Part shown: positions 27,453 to 37,205 of the stretch, one piece after another
Layout of the letters: every line of letters starts with the position of its first letter
Position numbering within the stretch: the stretch's first letter is position 1
NCBI GenBank assembly: GCA_041483195.1
Contig: JBGPFC010000002.1
Location: 1-64,000 of the forward strand
Direction: 5' to 3'
Source of the DNA: Candidatus Eiseniibacteriota bacterium
Lineage (GTDB): Bacteria; Eisenbacteria; RBG-16-71-46
DNA: 64,000 nucleotides
Translations under genes and position numbers: made by a program
The notes under the pieces: generated by a model
What the model was told of the DNA's origin: nothing
The model's input: only the letters and a program-made list of their open reading frames with translations
Databases searched by the model: none

Positions 27453-29378
27453 ATGAGGAAGCTGATCGTCCTGCTGAGCCTGGGCCTGATCGCGGCGGTT
27501 CCCGCCGCCGCCCAGAACGCGTCAACGCCCGGCGCGATCGCGTTCTACGCGACGCTCAACAACGTCGGGGTGCGTCTCGCGTATGGCGGCGACGCGAACG
27601 CGAACGCGACCGCACGGCTCGAGTGGCGCCCGGCGGGGAGCGCCACCTGGAACGCGGGGGTCGCGATGACGCGCATCACGAACCAGCGCTGGGCGGGCAG
27701 CGTGCTCTGGCTCACGGCCGACACGCCGTACGACATCCGCGCCACCATCGACGACCCGGACGGCGGCGGGAGCGTGACCGGCACCGTCCGCACCCGCGCG
27801 GAGATGCCGGCGGCCCCGAGCCTCACCGTGTGGTGGGTCGCGACCAACGGGAGCGACGCCAATCCCGGCACCCAGAACTCGCCGTTCGCCACGCTCCAGG
27901 CGGCCGCCGCGCACGTGCAGCCCGGCGATCAGATCCGCGTGAAGGCCGGCGTCTACTCCCAGACGCTCGACGCCACGGTGTCCGGCACGGCCGCTCAGCC
28001 GATCCAGCTGATCGCGGACGCGCCGGGCGTCGTGCTCGACGGGGCCGATCCCGCCTATCGCAACCGCGGTGACTGGCGGGAAGATGGCGGCGGGATCTGG
28101 AGCGTGCCGTACACGGGCACCACGCGCCTGGTGTGCGCGGACAGCCTGCAGCGCCTCTACCATCAGGCGAGCCTGGCCGCCCTGCAGACCAACGCGAACG
28201 CCATGACGCAGGGCTGGGCGGCGGAAGGCGGCCGGCTCTACGTGAAGCTCGAGGACCTGAGCTCGCCGGCGGGCCACGTCATGTCCGTCGCGCGCTACGA
28301 CATCGGGATCTACCTCGACGTGAACTACTGGATCGTGAGCGGTTTCGAGGTGCGCCACTTCGGGACCACGATCGCCGCGAGCGGGATCACGCTGCGCGGG
28401 GCCTCGCACTGCGTCGTGAGCGGCAATCACTCGCACACCAACGGCGGCAAGGAGATCTACCTGCGCGTGCTCGCGGCGGACAACCTGATCGAGAGCAACC
28501 TGTGCCGCGATCCGCGCATCTCGGGCTGGCCGTGGGCCGCCACCAAGGCCCACGAGGAGGAGCTGCAGGGCATCTCGAACCGCGGCGGCCGCGGCAACGT
28601 GATCCGCTTCAACGTCGCGCGCGGGACGTTCGACGGCATCGATTCCGGCGGAGACACGTCGACCGAGGACGTCGCGGCCGACACCGACATCCACGACAAT
28701 CTGATCGACACCGTCGCAGACGACGGCCTCGAGACCGAGAGCTTCGGCGCCATCAACTTCCGGGTCTACCGCAATCGCGTGATCAACCCGCTCAACTCGA
28801 TGTCGATCGCGCCATCGATCCAGGGCCCCGAGTACGTGCTCTTCAACACCTTCAGCGAGTACCGGAAGGGCGGCTTCAAGTTCTCGATCTCGAGCACCGG
28901 GGTCACGTGGATCTGTCACAACACCATCGCCAGCAGCAAGACTCCGACCGGGCCGGTCTACCCGACCGGGCCGTACTCGAACATGCACTTCCGGAACAAC
29001 ATCCTCGTCGGCAACGGGCAGCCCGCGGTCGGAGACGACGCGGGGGAGAGCCAGACCGGGAACGATTTCGACGGCGACTTGCTGAAGAGCGACTGGGCGA
29101 ACTTCTTCTACTGGCGGGGCGTGCCGTACGGGACGCTCGGCGCGGTGCAGGGCGCGCTCGGCTTCGAGCTGAACGGACGCTACGGCGATCCGCTCTTCAA
29201 CGCGGCGGCGAGCGGCGACTACACGCTGCGTGCTGGAAGCCCGGCGATCGACGCCGCGATCCGGCTGCCCGGGATCAACGACGTGTGGCAGGGCGCGGCG
29301 CCCGACATCGGCGCGTTCGAGTTCGGAGCGGCCGACGTCACGCCCCCCGCCGCGATCAGGGACCTGACCGTGGATTGA
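27453..29378 (+). CDS. secreted right-handed parallel beta-helix protein (DUF1565/pectin-lyase-like fold) with N-terminal beta-sandwich
   Basis: Signal peptide; WVATNGSDANPGT..SPFATLQAA...PGD.I.V.AG.Y; Asn-ladder repeats; C-terminal DYTLRAGSPAIDA...PDIGAFE. Confidence 0.85.
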   Translation: MRKLIVLLSLGLIAAVPAAAQNASTPGAIAFYATLNNVGVRLAYGGDANANATARLEWRPAGSATWNAGVAMTRITNQRWAGSVLWLTADTPYDIRATIDDPDGGGSVTGTVRTRAEMPAAPSLTVWWVATNGSDANPGTQNSPFATLQAAAAHVQPGDQIRVKAGVYSQTLDATVSGTAAQPIQLIADAPGVVLDGADPAYRNRGDWREDGGGIWSVPYTGTTRLVCADSLQRLYHQASLAALQTNANAMTQGWAAEGGRLYVKLEDLSSPAGHVMSVARYDIGIYLDVNYWIVSGFEVRHFGTTIAASGITLRGASHCVVSGNHSHTNGGKEIYLRVLAADNLIESNLCRDPRISGWPWAATKAHEEELQGISNRGGRGNVIRFNVARGTFDGIDSGGDTSTEDVAADTDIHDNLIDTVADDGLETESFGAINFRVYRNRVINPLNSMSIAPSIQGPEYVLFNTFSEYRKGGFKFSISSTGVTWICHNTIASSKTPTGPVYPTGPYSNMHFRNNILVGNGQPAVGDDAGESQTGNDFDGDLLKSDWANFFYWRGVPYGTLGAVQGALGFELNGRYGDPLFNAAASGDYTLRAGSPAIDAAIRLPGINDVWQGAAPDIGAFEFGAADVTPPAAIRDLTVD

Positions 29379-29427
29379 GGCATGCGCGCGCCGCGGCCGG
29401 GAACCGCGCGCGCGCGCGGCGATCGCT

Positions 29428-30654
29428 TCAGGCGCGCTCGAGGACGATCGCGATGCCCTGCCCGCCGCCGATGCAGGCCGAGGCCACACCCCAGCGCTTG
29501 CCGCGCTTCGCGAGCTCGACCAGCAGCGTGTAGATGAGCCGCGTCCCGGTCGCGCCCAGCGGATGGCCGAGCCCGATCGCGCCGCCGTTCACGTTCACCT
29601 TCTCGCGATCCAGGCCGAGCTCCTGTTCGACCGCGAGGTATTGTCCCGCGAACGCCTCGTTGATCTCGAACAGATCCACCTGATCGAGCCTGAGGCCCGC
29701 GCGCTCGAGCGCCTTGCGGATCGCGGGCGCCGGCCCGATCCCCATCGTCGATGGCTCGACGCCGACGCTCACCCAAGCTCGCGCGTACCCGAGCGGCCGC
29801 TTGCCCGCCGCCTTCGCGCGGTCGGCGCTCGTCACGATCACGGCCGCCGCGCCGTCCACCACGCCCGACGCGTTGCCCGCCGTGACGAACGACTCGGGAC
29901 CGAATGCGGCGGGGAGCGCCGCGAGTTTTTCGATCGAGGTACTGGGGAAGAGGTGATCGTCCTTGTCGACGGTCGTGGTCTTCCTGCCCTGGGCGACCTC
30001 GACGGCGACGCGTTCCTCCGCGAAGCGCCCGTTCTGGTTCGCCTCGTTCGCGAGCCGGTGGGAGCGCAGCGCGAACTCGTCCTGCCGCTCGCGCGTGATC
30101 CCGAACTGCTTCGCGAGGTTGTCCGAGGTCTGCGCCATGAACAGCCCGCAGTAGCTGTCCTTGAGCGCGACGAACAGCGAATCCTCGAGCATGCTGCCCG
30201 GTCCGAGCCTTAGTCCCGCGCGCGCGCCGCGCAGCACGTGCGGCGCCTGGCTCATGCTCTCCATGCCGCCCGCGAGCACCCAAGATGCCTCGCCGAGCTG
30301 GATCATCTGCGCGCCGCTCACCACGCTCTGAATCCCGGATCCACAGAGACGGTTCACGGTCAGGGCCGGCACTTCCTTCGGGACGCCGGCCTTGAGCCCT
30401 ACGTGGCGCGCGCCGTAGATCGCGTCGCCCGAAGTCTGGAGCGCGTTGCCCATCACGACGTGATCGATGATGTCGGGGGTGATGCCCGCGCGTTCGATCG
30501 CCGCGCGCGCCGCCGCCGCGCCCAGATCGAGCGCGGAGACGGAGGCCAGCGCGCCTCCGGGCAGCCCGTCGCCGCGCTTGCCGCCGATCCATTCGGCCAT
30601 GGGCGTGCGCGCGCCGGAGACGATGACGATCTCGGGAAGTCCGTTGCTGGACAA
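29428..30654 (-). CDS. acetyl-CoA C-acyltransferase (thiolase)
   Basis: AAGGAG RBS before TTG 30654; ARTP, TVNRLCGSG, GGMESMS, TAGNASG..DGAA, EINEAFA, GGAIGLGHPLGATG, CIGGGQG. Confidence 0.95.
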   Translation of the reverse strand: MSSNGLPEIVIVSGARTPMAEWIGGKRGDGLPGGALASVSALDLGAAAARAAIERAGITPDIIDHVVMGNALQTSGDAIYGARHVGLKAGVPKEVPALTVNRLCGSGIQSVVSGAQMIQLGEASWVLAGGMESMSQAPHVLRGARAGLRLGPGSMLEDSLFVALKDSYCGLFMAQTSDNLAKQFGITRERQDEFALRSHRLANEANQNGRFAEERVAVEVAQGRKTTTVDKDDHLFPSTSIEKLAALPAAFGPESFVTAGNASGVVDGAAAVIVTSADRAKAAGKRPLGYARAWVSVGVEPSTMGIGPAPAIRKALERAGLRLDQVDLFEINEAFAGQYLAVEQELGLDREKVNVNGGAIGLGHPLGATGTRLIYTLLVELAKRGKRWGVASACIGGGQGIAIVLERA

Positions 30655-30803
30655 GGGATGGCTCCTTGAGATTGAGGAAGTCGGTGAGGCCGATTGGACG
30701 AGCGACCGCGCGCCGGGATCGCGACGAGGGTTGGGCGCGCGCCGCTTTCGAAACGTAGCAGACGGGTTCGGAGGCCTCAAGCGGGGGCGGTGGAGCTGCG
30801 CCA

Positions 30804-30812
30804 TGCTAGGCT
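30804..30812 (+). promoter_or_regulatory. extended -10 promoter
   Basis: TGcTAGGCT 9 nt before ATG 30822; no SD sequence. Confidence 0.45.
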
Positions 30813-30821
30813 GCGCGCCCG

Positions 30822-31241
30822 ATGACCTCCCGCACCGAGTACCTGACCATGGACGTTCCCGCGCGGCGCGGGTTCGTGAACATCACGCCCGAGGTCGAGC
30901 GCGTGGTGCGCGCGAGCGGCGTCGCGGAGGGGCTGGTGCTGGTGAACGCCATGCACATCACGGCCAGCGTGTTCATCAACGACGACGAGTCCGGGCTCCA
31001 CCACGACTACGAGGCGTGGCTCGAGCGCCTCGCGCCACACGCGCCGACGCGGGATTACCGCCACAACGACACGGGCGAGGACAACGCGGACGCGCACCTC
31101 AAGCGGCAGATCATGGGCCGCGAGGTGGTGGTCGCCATCACCGCGGGCAGGCTCGACTTCGGCCGCTGGGAGCAGATCTTCTACGGGGAGTTCGACGGCC
31201 GCCGCAAGAAGCGCGTGCTGATCAAGGTGATCGGGGAGTGA
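30822..31241 (+). CDS. yjbQ: YjbQ/UPF0047 family protein
   Basis: [42 protein letters not shown]. Confidence 0.94.
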   Translation: MTSRTEYLTMDVPARRGFVNITPEVERVVRASGVAEGLVLVNAMHITASVFINDDESGLHHDYEAWLERLAPHAPTRDYRHNDTGEDNADAHLKRQIMGREVVVAITAGRLDFGRWEQIFYGEFDGRRKKRVLIKVIGE

Positions 31242-31251
31242 GGTTCGCGCG

Positions 31252-31776
31252 ATGATCCGCCCGGCGAATCCCGCGGACGTGCCGCGCGTTTGGGAGCTGT
31301 TGCTCGCGCTCGCGCGGTACGAAAAGATGGAAGCGCGCGTGACCGGTTCGGCCCGGGAGCTGGCGGACCATCTGTTCGCGCCGCGCCCGTTCATCGAGTG
31401 CATGGTCGCAGAGGACGGCGGGACGCTGGTGGGGTACGCGCTGTTCCACACGATCTACTCGAGCTTCCGAACGCAGCCCATGATGTGGCTCGAGGACCTG
31501 TTCGTGGAGCCCGCGATTCGCGGGCGAGGGTTCGGACGCGGGCTGTTGCTCGCGGTCGCGAGGGAGGCCGCGGCCCGCGGGTGCTGGCGCCTCAGCTGGG
31601 CCGTGCTCGACTGGAACGAGCCGGCGATTCGCTTCTACGAATCCCTGGGGGCCGTGCGCGCGAACCCGGGCTGGCAGACCTACCAGCTCGAGGATGCCGC
31701 GCTCCGCGCGCTCGCCGCCGGCGCCACCGGCCCGCCGGCACAGCCGGATCCGCGTCCCACTTCAAGCAGTACTTGA
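31252..31776 (+). CDS. GNAT N-acetyltransferase (diamine acetyltransferase-like)
   Basis: LA.YEK, LEDLFV.P..RGRGFG, W.VLDWN.PAI.FY..LGA. Confidence 0.93.
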   Translation: MIRPANPADVPRVWELLLALARYEKMEARVTGSARELADHLFAPRPFIECMVAEDGGTLVGYALFHTIYSSFRTQPMMWLEDLFVEPAIRGRGFGRGLLLAVAREAAARGCWRLSWAVLDWNEPAIRFYESLGAVRANPGWQTYQLEDAALRALAAGATGPPAQPDPRPTSSST

Positions 31777-32310
31777 AGGCGGGCGGCGGGGCAGCGCATC
31801 GAGCGCGCGCGCCAGCGCGCCCGGAAGCGGCTCGGCGAGCAACCGTTTGATCACGGCGGAATCGGCGCCGCGCTCGCGCAGCCAGGCGAACAGCAATTCC
31901 GACTTGGCCGGCCGGCCGAGCAGCGCGTAGGCGATCGCCCAAGCCTCTGCGCTTCCGATCGGAATGCCCTCGCGACGCGCGCTCACCACGGTGGGAATGC
32001 GGACGACCGCCTCGCCAGAGCGGAACGCGAATCGGCAGATGATCTCGATCGCTCCGTCCTCGAGCGCGAGCTTGTGATCGGCGTGGACCCCCGAGGGTCC
32101 CGACGCCAGGGACGGGGCGCCGGCGAAGAGCGGCGCGACGCGCTCCAGATCCGCGTCGGTGGTGAGGTCCCAGTCGCGGATGGAATCGGCGAGGCCGAGG
32201 GCCGCGAGCAATCCGCTGCCACCGAGCGCGCAGGTCAGGCCGGCGGCTTCGAGCGTATTCACCGCGTTCTCGAGGAGTGAGCGCGGCGGCGAGCGCTTCA
32301 CCCCGAACAC
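31762..32310 (-). CDS. hypothetical protein with Pol-beta-like nucleotidyltransferase motif
   Basis: ALGGSGLL...RDWDL (hGS...DxD); last gene of the hbd-proC run. Confidence 0.65.
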   Translation of the reverse strand: MFGVKRSPPRSLLENAVNTLEAAGLTCALGGSGLLAALGLADSIRDWDLTTDADLERVAPLFAGAPSLASGPSGVHADHKLALEDGAIEIICRFAFRSGEAVVRIPTVVSARREGIPIGSAEAWAIAYALLGRPAKSELLFAWLRERGADSAVIKRLLAEPLPGALARALDALPRRPPSSTA

Positions 32311-32326
32311 GGGCGGCCCTCGCGCG

Positions 32327-32839
32327 TCATTCCGCGATGCGTACGGCCTCGGCCGCGCCCTCGGCGAGCGCCTCGTGCAGCGAGCCGGCGAGCTCGGCGA
32401 GCGCCTCCCCAGGCGGGAGCGGTGCCACCATGTGGCGCGCCGCGGCCAGCCCGAGCCGTTGCGTCACGGTGGCCGCGCCAGCGGCTCCGCCCGCCTGCCC
32501 GATCTCGCCATACTCGGCATAGCGCTCGGAGAGCAGCACGCGGCGGCGGCCGAACGCATCGAGCGACGGCTCGCGCGCCATCCAGTCTTCGAGCACGCGC
32601 TCGTGAAGCGCGTCGATCGCTCCGCTGGTCTCGCGATTGAATCCGCCGGCGGCCACCAGCCCGCGCACGCAGGCGTAGAGCGCGAAACACTCCCACTCCT
32701 CGCGCACGCGCTCGCGCGCCGCTGCGCCCCGTTCCACGGGCAGGACCCCCGACTCCTCGAAGTCGGCGAGCAGGCGCGGCGAGACCGCGCTGAAGAATTC
32801 GGCGAGCGCGCGGCCGCGCCGCGCGGGATCCTCGATCAT
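32327..32839 (-). CDS. hypothetical protein
   Basis: ATG 9 nt after the proC stop; protein-like composition; no recognised motif. Confidence 0.7.
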   Translation of the reverse strand: MIEDPARRGRALAEFFSAVSPRLLADFEESGVLPVERGAAARERVREEWECFALYACVRGLVAAGGFNRETSGAIDALHERVLEDWMAREPSLDAFGRRRVLLSERYAEYGEIGQAGGAAGAATVTQRLGLAAARHMVAPLPPGEALAELAGSLHEALAEGAAEAVRIAE

Positions 32840-32848
32840 GGCGAGCCG

Positions 32849-33664
32849 CTAACTCTCGAGCAGCTCCCGCGCGCGCTCGGTCGCGCGCACCACCGCCTTG
32901 ATCAGGGTCACGCGCAGTCCGCCCTCCTCGAGCTCGAGGATGCCGTCGATGGTGCAGCCCGCCGGGGTCGTCACCTGGTCCTTGAGCTTGGCCGGATGCT
33001 CGCCGGTCTCGAGCACCATCGCCGCGGCGCCGAGCACCGTCTGGGCGGCGAGCACCGTCGCGACGTCGCGCGGCAGGCCCACCTTGACTCCGCCCTCGGC
33101 GAGCGACTCGATGACGATGTAGATGAACGCCGGGCCGCTCGCCGAGAGGCCGGTCACCGCGTCCATGTGCCGCTCGTCCAGCGTCAGCACCCTTCCCACC
33201 GCGCTGAAGATCGAGCGCGCGAGCTCGAGGTGCTCGCGACTCGCGTGCGTGCCGGCCGCGATCGCCGTCATGCCGTGCTTGAGGAGGGCGGGCGTGTTCG
33301 GCATGGCGCGAATCACCGGGACCTCGCGGCCGAGATGCTTCTCGATGAACGCCGTGCTCACGGAGGCCGCGACCGAGATCAGGAGCTGATGGGGCTCGAG
33401 CGCGCCGCCGATCTCCCCGAGCACCAGCGACACCTGCTGCGGCTTGACCGCGAGCAGGACGAGGTCCGCGCCCGCGACCGCCTCGCGGTTCGATGGCGCA
33501 CCATTGACGCCCAGGCTCCGCCGCAGCTTCTCGATCCGCTCCTCGTGCGCGGCGGTCACCGTCACCCGATCGGCGCGGATGACTGCGGCGTCGAGCAGGC
33601 CGCGGATCAGCGTCTCCCCGAGCTTGCCCGCGCCGAGCACTGCGAGCCGCTTCTGATTCAGCAT
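32849..33664 (-). CDS. proC: pyrroline-5-carboxylate reductase
   Basis: GAGKLG, LAVKPQ, RAMPNTP, DAVTGLSASGPA, HP..LKDQVTTPAGCT; GAGGAGG RBS. Confidence 0.96.
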   Translation of the reverse strand: MLNQKRLAVLGAGKLGETLIRGLLDAAVIRADRVTVTAAHEERIEKLRRSLGVNGAPSNREAVAGADLVLLAVKPQQVSLVLGEIGGALEPHQLLISVAASVSTAFIEKHLGREVPVIRAMPNTPALLKHGMTAIAAGTHASREHLELARSIFSAVGRVLTLDERHMDAVTGLSASGPAFIYIVIESLAEGGVKVGLPRDVATVLAAQTVLGAAAMVLETGEHPAKLKDQVTTPAGCTIDGILELEEGGLRVTLIKAVVRATERARELLES

Positions 33665-33759
33665 CGCGTGACCTCCTCGTTCGGTGCTGCGGGACGAGCG
33701 GCGGGCCCCAGGGCCCGCCGCCCTCTAAGGACGGCGCATTCGCGATCCGCGGAACGCGA

Positions 33760-34626
33760 TCACGAGGGCGGGTTGGTGCTCCAGTCGTAGAATCCGCGGC
33801 CGGTCTTGCGGCCGTGAAGTCCGGCCAGCACCATGCGCTTGAGCAACGGCGGCGGCGCGAAGCGCGGCTCCTTGAACTCGTCGAACATGATCTCGGCGAT
33901 GTAGTAGGTGGTGTCGAGCCCCACGTAGTCTCCGAGCAGCAGCGGGCCCATCGGATAGCCGCACCCCAGCTTCATCGCGTTGTCGATGTCGTCGCGGCTC
34001 GCGAGCCCCTGCTCGAAGACGCGGACCGCGTCCAGCATGTAGGGGACGAGCAGGCGGTTCACCACGAATCCGGTCGAGTCGCCCACCGTGACCACGGTCT
34101 TGCCGATCGCGCGGCACCAGGTCTGCGTTGACTCCAGCGCCTCGCTCGTGGTGCGGATGGTCTTCACCACCTCGACCAGCTTCATGAGCGGGACCGGATT
34201 GAAGAAGTGGAGCCCGAGAAAATTCCCGGGCCGTTTCGTCGCGGTCGACAGCTCGGTGATCGAGAGGCTCGAGGTGTTCGATGCGAGCAGCGCGCCACCC
34301 TTGCAGGTCGCATCCAGCGCCGCGAACAGTTCCTTCTTCATCGCCAGGTTCTCGACGGCGGCTTCGATCACGAGGTCGCAGTCGGCGAGGTCGCCGAGCT
34401 CCACCGTGCCCTTCAGGTTGCCGAGGGTCTTCTCCATGTCGGCGGCGGCGAGCTTCCCCTTGTCCACCCCGCGCTGGAGAAACTTGCGGATGGTGCCCAT
34501 GCCCTTCTCGAGCGCCGGCGCCGAGATCTCGCGCACCACGGTCGGGAATCCCGCCTGCGCGCTCACCTGCGCGATGCCGCTGCCCATCAGCCCGCATCCC
34601 ACCACTCCCACCTTGCGAATCGTCAT
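33760..34626 (-). CDS. hbd: 3-hydroxybutyryl-CoA dehydrogenase
   Basis: GCGLMGSGIA, EAAVE, ASNTSS, GLHFFNP, GFVVNR, PMGP..L.D.VGLD, GRKTGRGFY. Confidence 0.93.
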   Translation of the reverse strand: MTIRKVGVVGCGLMGSGIAQVSAQAGFPTVVREISAPALEKGMGTIRKFLQRGVDKGKLAAADMEKTLGNLKGTVELGDLADCDLVIEAAVENLAMKKELFAALDATCKGGALLASNTSSLSITELSTATKRPGNFLGLHFFNPVPLMKLVEVVKTIRTTSEALESTQTWCRAIGKTVVTVGDSTGFVVNRLLVPYMLDAVRVFEQGLASRDDIDNAMKLGCGYPMGPLLLGDYVGLDTTYYIAEIMFDEFKEPRFAPPPLLKRMVLAGLHGRKTGRGFYDWSTNPPS

Positions 34627-34805
34627 GAGAAGAACGCCTCCGTTCTGCGCGTGGTCGTCGGGGGTTGTAGTCGGCCACGGACAATAGGGGAGCGATGGGG
34701 GAGCGGCAAGGCGGCCTTCACACGAGGCTGGCCGCGCGGGCGGCGCGCTGCTAGGGTTCGGTGGCTGCCGTGCCGTGCGATGTCCACCGTCCGCGAGGAG
34801 CGCCG

Positions 34806-35342
34806 ATGATCGCAGCCAACCCCATCACCCGCCCGGCCGAAGGCGAGTACAACCCGTACTACGGACGCTACATTTCGCAGGTGCCGGGCGACGACGCGCT
34901 CGATGCGCTCGACGCGCAGATCGGCGAGACGCTCGCGCTGCTCGCGCCGCTCGACGAGGCGCGCGCGCTCCATCGCTACGCGCCCGGCAAGTGGAGCGTG
35001 AAGGAGACCATCGGCCACGTCGCCGACGCGGAGCGGGTCTTCGCCTATCGCGCGCTGCGCTTCGCGCGCGCCGACGCGACGCCGCTGCCGGGATTCGACG
35101 AGAACGTGTACGTGCCGGCCGGGCGCTTCGACGCGCGCCCGATCGACGCGCTGCGCGACGAGCTGGCGCGGGTGCGCGCGGCAACCCTCGCCCTGTTCCG
35201 CTCGTTCGACCCCGCCGCCCTTGCGCGGCGCGGCGAGGCGAGCGGCAATCCGGTCAGCGTGCGGGCCCTCGCATGGATCATCGCCGGGCACGAGCGCCAC
35301 CACGCCGCGCTGCTGAGGGAGCGCTACGGCCTCGGGCGTTGA
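34806..35342 (+). CDS. DinB/YfiT family protein
   Basis: GAGGAG RBS; RP..GEY..YY..YI, YAPGKWS.KE..GH..DAER, LPGFDEN.Y, AGHE.HH; extended -10 TGCTAGGGT at 34749. Confidence 0.9.
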   Translation: MIAANPITRPAEGEYNPYYGRYISQVPGDDALDALDAQIGETLALLAPLDEARALHRYAPGKWSVKETIGHVADAERVFAYRALRFARADATPLPGFDENVYVPAGRFDARPIDALRDELARVRAATLALFRSFDPAALARRGEASGNPVSVRALAWIIAGHERHHAALLRERYGLGR

Positions 35343-35386
35343 GCGGACGGAACGCCGATGTGGGCGAAGCCAGGGAGGAAATCCAG

Positions 35387-35830
35387 ATGCGCAGCATGAT
35401 CCTGCGAATCGTCGGGGTGGCACTGCTCGCGGGAGGTTGTGCTGGCGCCCCCATGAGCGGAATGGGGAATCAGCAGCCACTCCCGCCCGAGCCTCCGGCA
35501 CCCGCGGCGGCCCGCCCCGCGCCCGTGACGGTCGTGCCGCTCCCCGCGTTCGGAGACTACGTTTACGTCGAACAGCTTCCGGAGGCGATCGAGAAGGTAT
35601 CACCTGAATATCCCACCGGTCCCAAGGAGGGCATCGAAGGAGTCGTCATCGTCCAGGCGCTGGTGGGCACGGACGGGCGGGTGAAGGACACGCGGGTCGT
35701 GAAGTCCATCCCGATGCTCGACGACGCGGCCGTCGCGGCCGTCCGGCAATGGGTGTTCAAGCCGGCCATGAGCAAGGGCCTCCCGGTCGCGGTCTGGGTC
35801 GCGGTCCCGGTGAGGTTTCCCCCGCGCTGA
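35387..35830 (+). CDS. short TonB C-terminal-domain protein, possible lipoprotein
   Basis: GGAGGA RBS; signal ending LLAGGC; Pro-rich linker; P.YP...GIEG.V.V..LV..DG.V, LD.AA..AV.QW.F.PA. Confidence 0.85.
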   Translation: MRSMILRIVGVALLAGGCAGAPMSGMGNQQPLPPEPPAPAAARPAPVTVVPLPAFGDYVYVEQLPEAIEKVSPEYPTGPKEGIEGVVIVQALVGTDGRVKDTRVVKSIPMLDDAAVAAVRQWVFKPAMSKGLPVAVWVAVPVRFPPR

Positions 35831-35987
35831 TCCCCCCGCCGCATGCCTGCCCGCGTGCGCCGCGCCGTGACCCGCCCCCCCCGGATCGCTTTCGCGTCCC
35901 CGCCCTTTCCATTAAGGTGCGGCGGACCTCGATCCACCGCGTTGCGCGTCCGCGCGCGGTGCATCGTCTCAGCGTGGAGACCTCGAC

Positions 35988-37205
35988 GTGACCGACTCGG
36001 TGCTTGAGGCACTGGTTCTCGAAAATGAAATCCGGATCGTGCTGCTGGTGCTCGATGGGCTCGGCGACCTGCCCCATCCCGATCACTCCGGCCTCACGCC
36101 GCTCGAGGCCGCGCGCACCCCGAACTTCGACTCGATCGCGCCACGCAGCGCGCTCGGCCGGCTGCTCCCGGTGGGCCCCGGCATCACGCCCGGCAGCGGC
36201 CCCGGGCACCTCGCGCTCTTCGGATACGATCCGCTCACGACCGTGGTGGGGCGGGGCGTGCTCGAGGCGCTCGGCGCGGGGATCACGCTCGAGCACGGGG
36301 ACGTCGCGGCGCGCGCCAACTTCTGCACCGTCGACGCGGCGGGAACGGTCACCGATCGCAGGGCGGGCCGCATCGCGAGCGAGGTGTGCGCGCGGCTGGT
36401 CGAGCGGCTGGCGCGCGCGCTGCCGCGCATCGACGACGTGGAGATCGTGCTGCGCGCCGGGAAGGGACATCGCTTCGTCGCGGTGCTGCGCGGCCCGGGC
36501 CTCGACGGTTCGGTGAGCGACGCGGATCCGCATCACGAGGGCCGGCCGATTCCCGCATGCCGCCCGCTCGCGGAGGATCCGCGCGCGCTGAAGACCGCGC
36601 ACATCGTGAACGCCTTCGTGCGGGGCGCGCAGCAGACGCTCGCGGGGGAGCGCCCCGCGAACGCCGCGCTCATGCGCGGCCTCTCGGAGCGTCCGCGGTT
36701 CCCGGGCTATCGCGAGCGCTGGAAGCTCCGCGCCGCCGCGATCGCGGCCTATCCGATGTATCGCGGGGTCGCGCAGCTCGCGGGCATGGACGTGCTGCCC
36801 ACCTCGGAGTCGCCCGCCGACGCCTTCGCGACGGCGGCCTCGCACTGGGGCGAGTACGACTACTTCTTCATGCACGTGAAGGGCACCGACATGGCGGGAG
36901 AGGACGGCGACTTCGACGCCAAGGTGGCGTGCATCGAGGCCGTGGACCGCGCGCTGCCCGCGCTGCTCGCGCTCGCGCCCGGGGTGCTGTGCGTGACCGG
37001 CGATCACTCGACCCCGGTGCCGATGAAGGGGCACTCGTGGCACCCGGTGCCGGTCCTGGTCCACTCGCCGTGGTGCGGCGCGGACCAGCTGCCGCGGTTC
37101 CACGAGAAGGCGGCCCGCGGCGGCAGCCTCGGCCTGCTTGCCAGCCGCGACCTGATCGCGGTATTGCTTGCGAACGCCGGGCGTCTCGACAAGTACGGAG
37201 CCTGA
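35988..37205 (+). CDS. apgM: cofactor-independent phosphoglycerate mutase, archaeal type
   Basis: LVLDGLGD, TPLEAA.TPN.D, PGSGPGHLALFGYDP, GRG.LEA.G, DRRAGRI, TGDHSTP, HS.HPVP. Confidence 0.93.
   Translation: MTDSVLEALVLENEIRIVLLVLDGLGDLPHPDHSGLTPLEAARTPNFDSIAPRSALGRLLPVGPGITPGSGPGHLALFGYDPLTTVVGRGVLEALGAGITLEHGDVAARANFCTVDAAGTVTDRRAGRIASEVCARLVERLARALPRIDDVEIVLRAGKGHRFVAVLRGPGLDGSVSDADPHHEGRPIPACRPLAEDPRALKTAHIVNAFVRGAQQTLAGERPANAALMRGLSERPRFPGYRERWKLRAAAIAAYPMYRGVAQLAGMDVLPTSESPADAFATAASHWGEYDYFFMHVKGTDMAGEDGDFDAKVACIEAVDRALPALLALAPGVLCVTGDHSTPVPMKGHSWHPVPVLVHSPWCGADQLPRFHEKAARGGSLGLLASRDLIAVLLANAGRLDKYGA

Noticed and set aside
31762..32839. MNT-HEPN toxin-antitoxin pair
   Set aside because: No convincing HEPN-type Rx4-6H motif in the expected C-terminal position of the partner; housekeeping context
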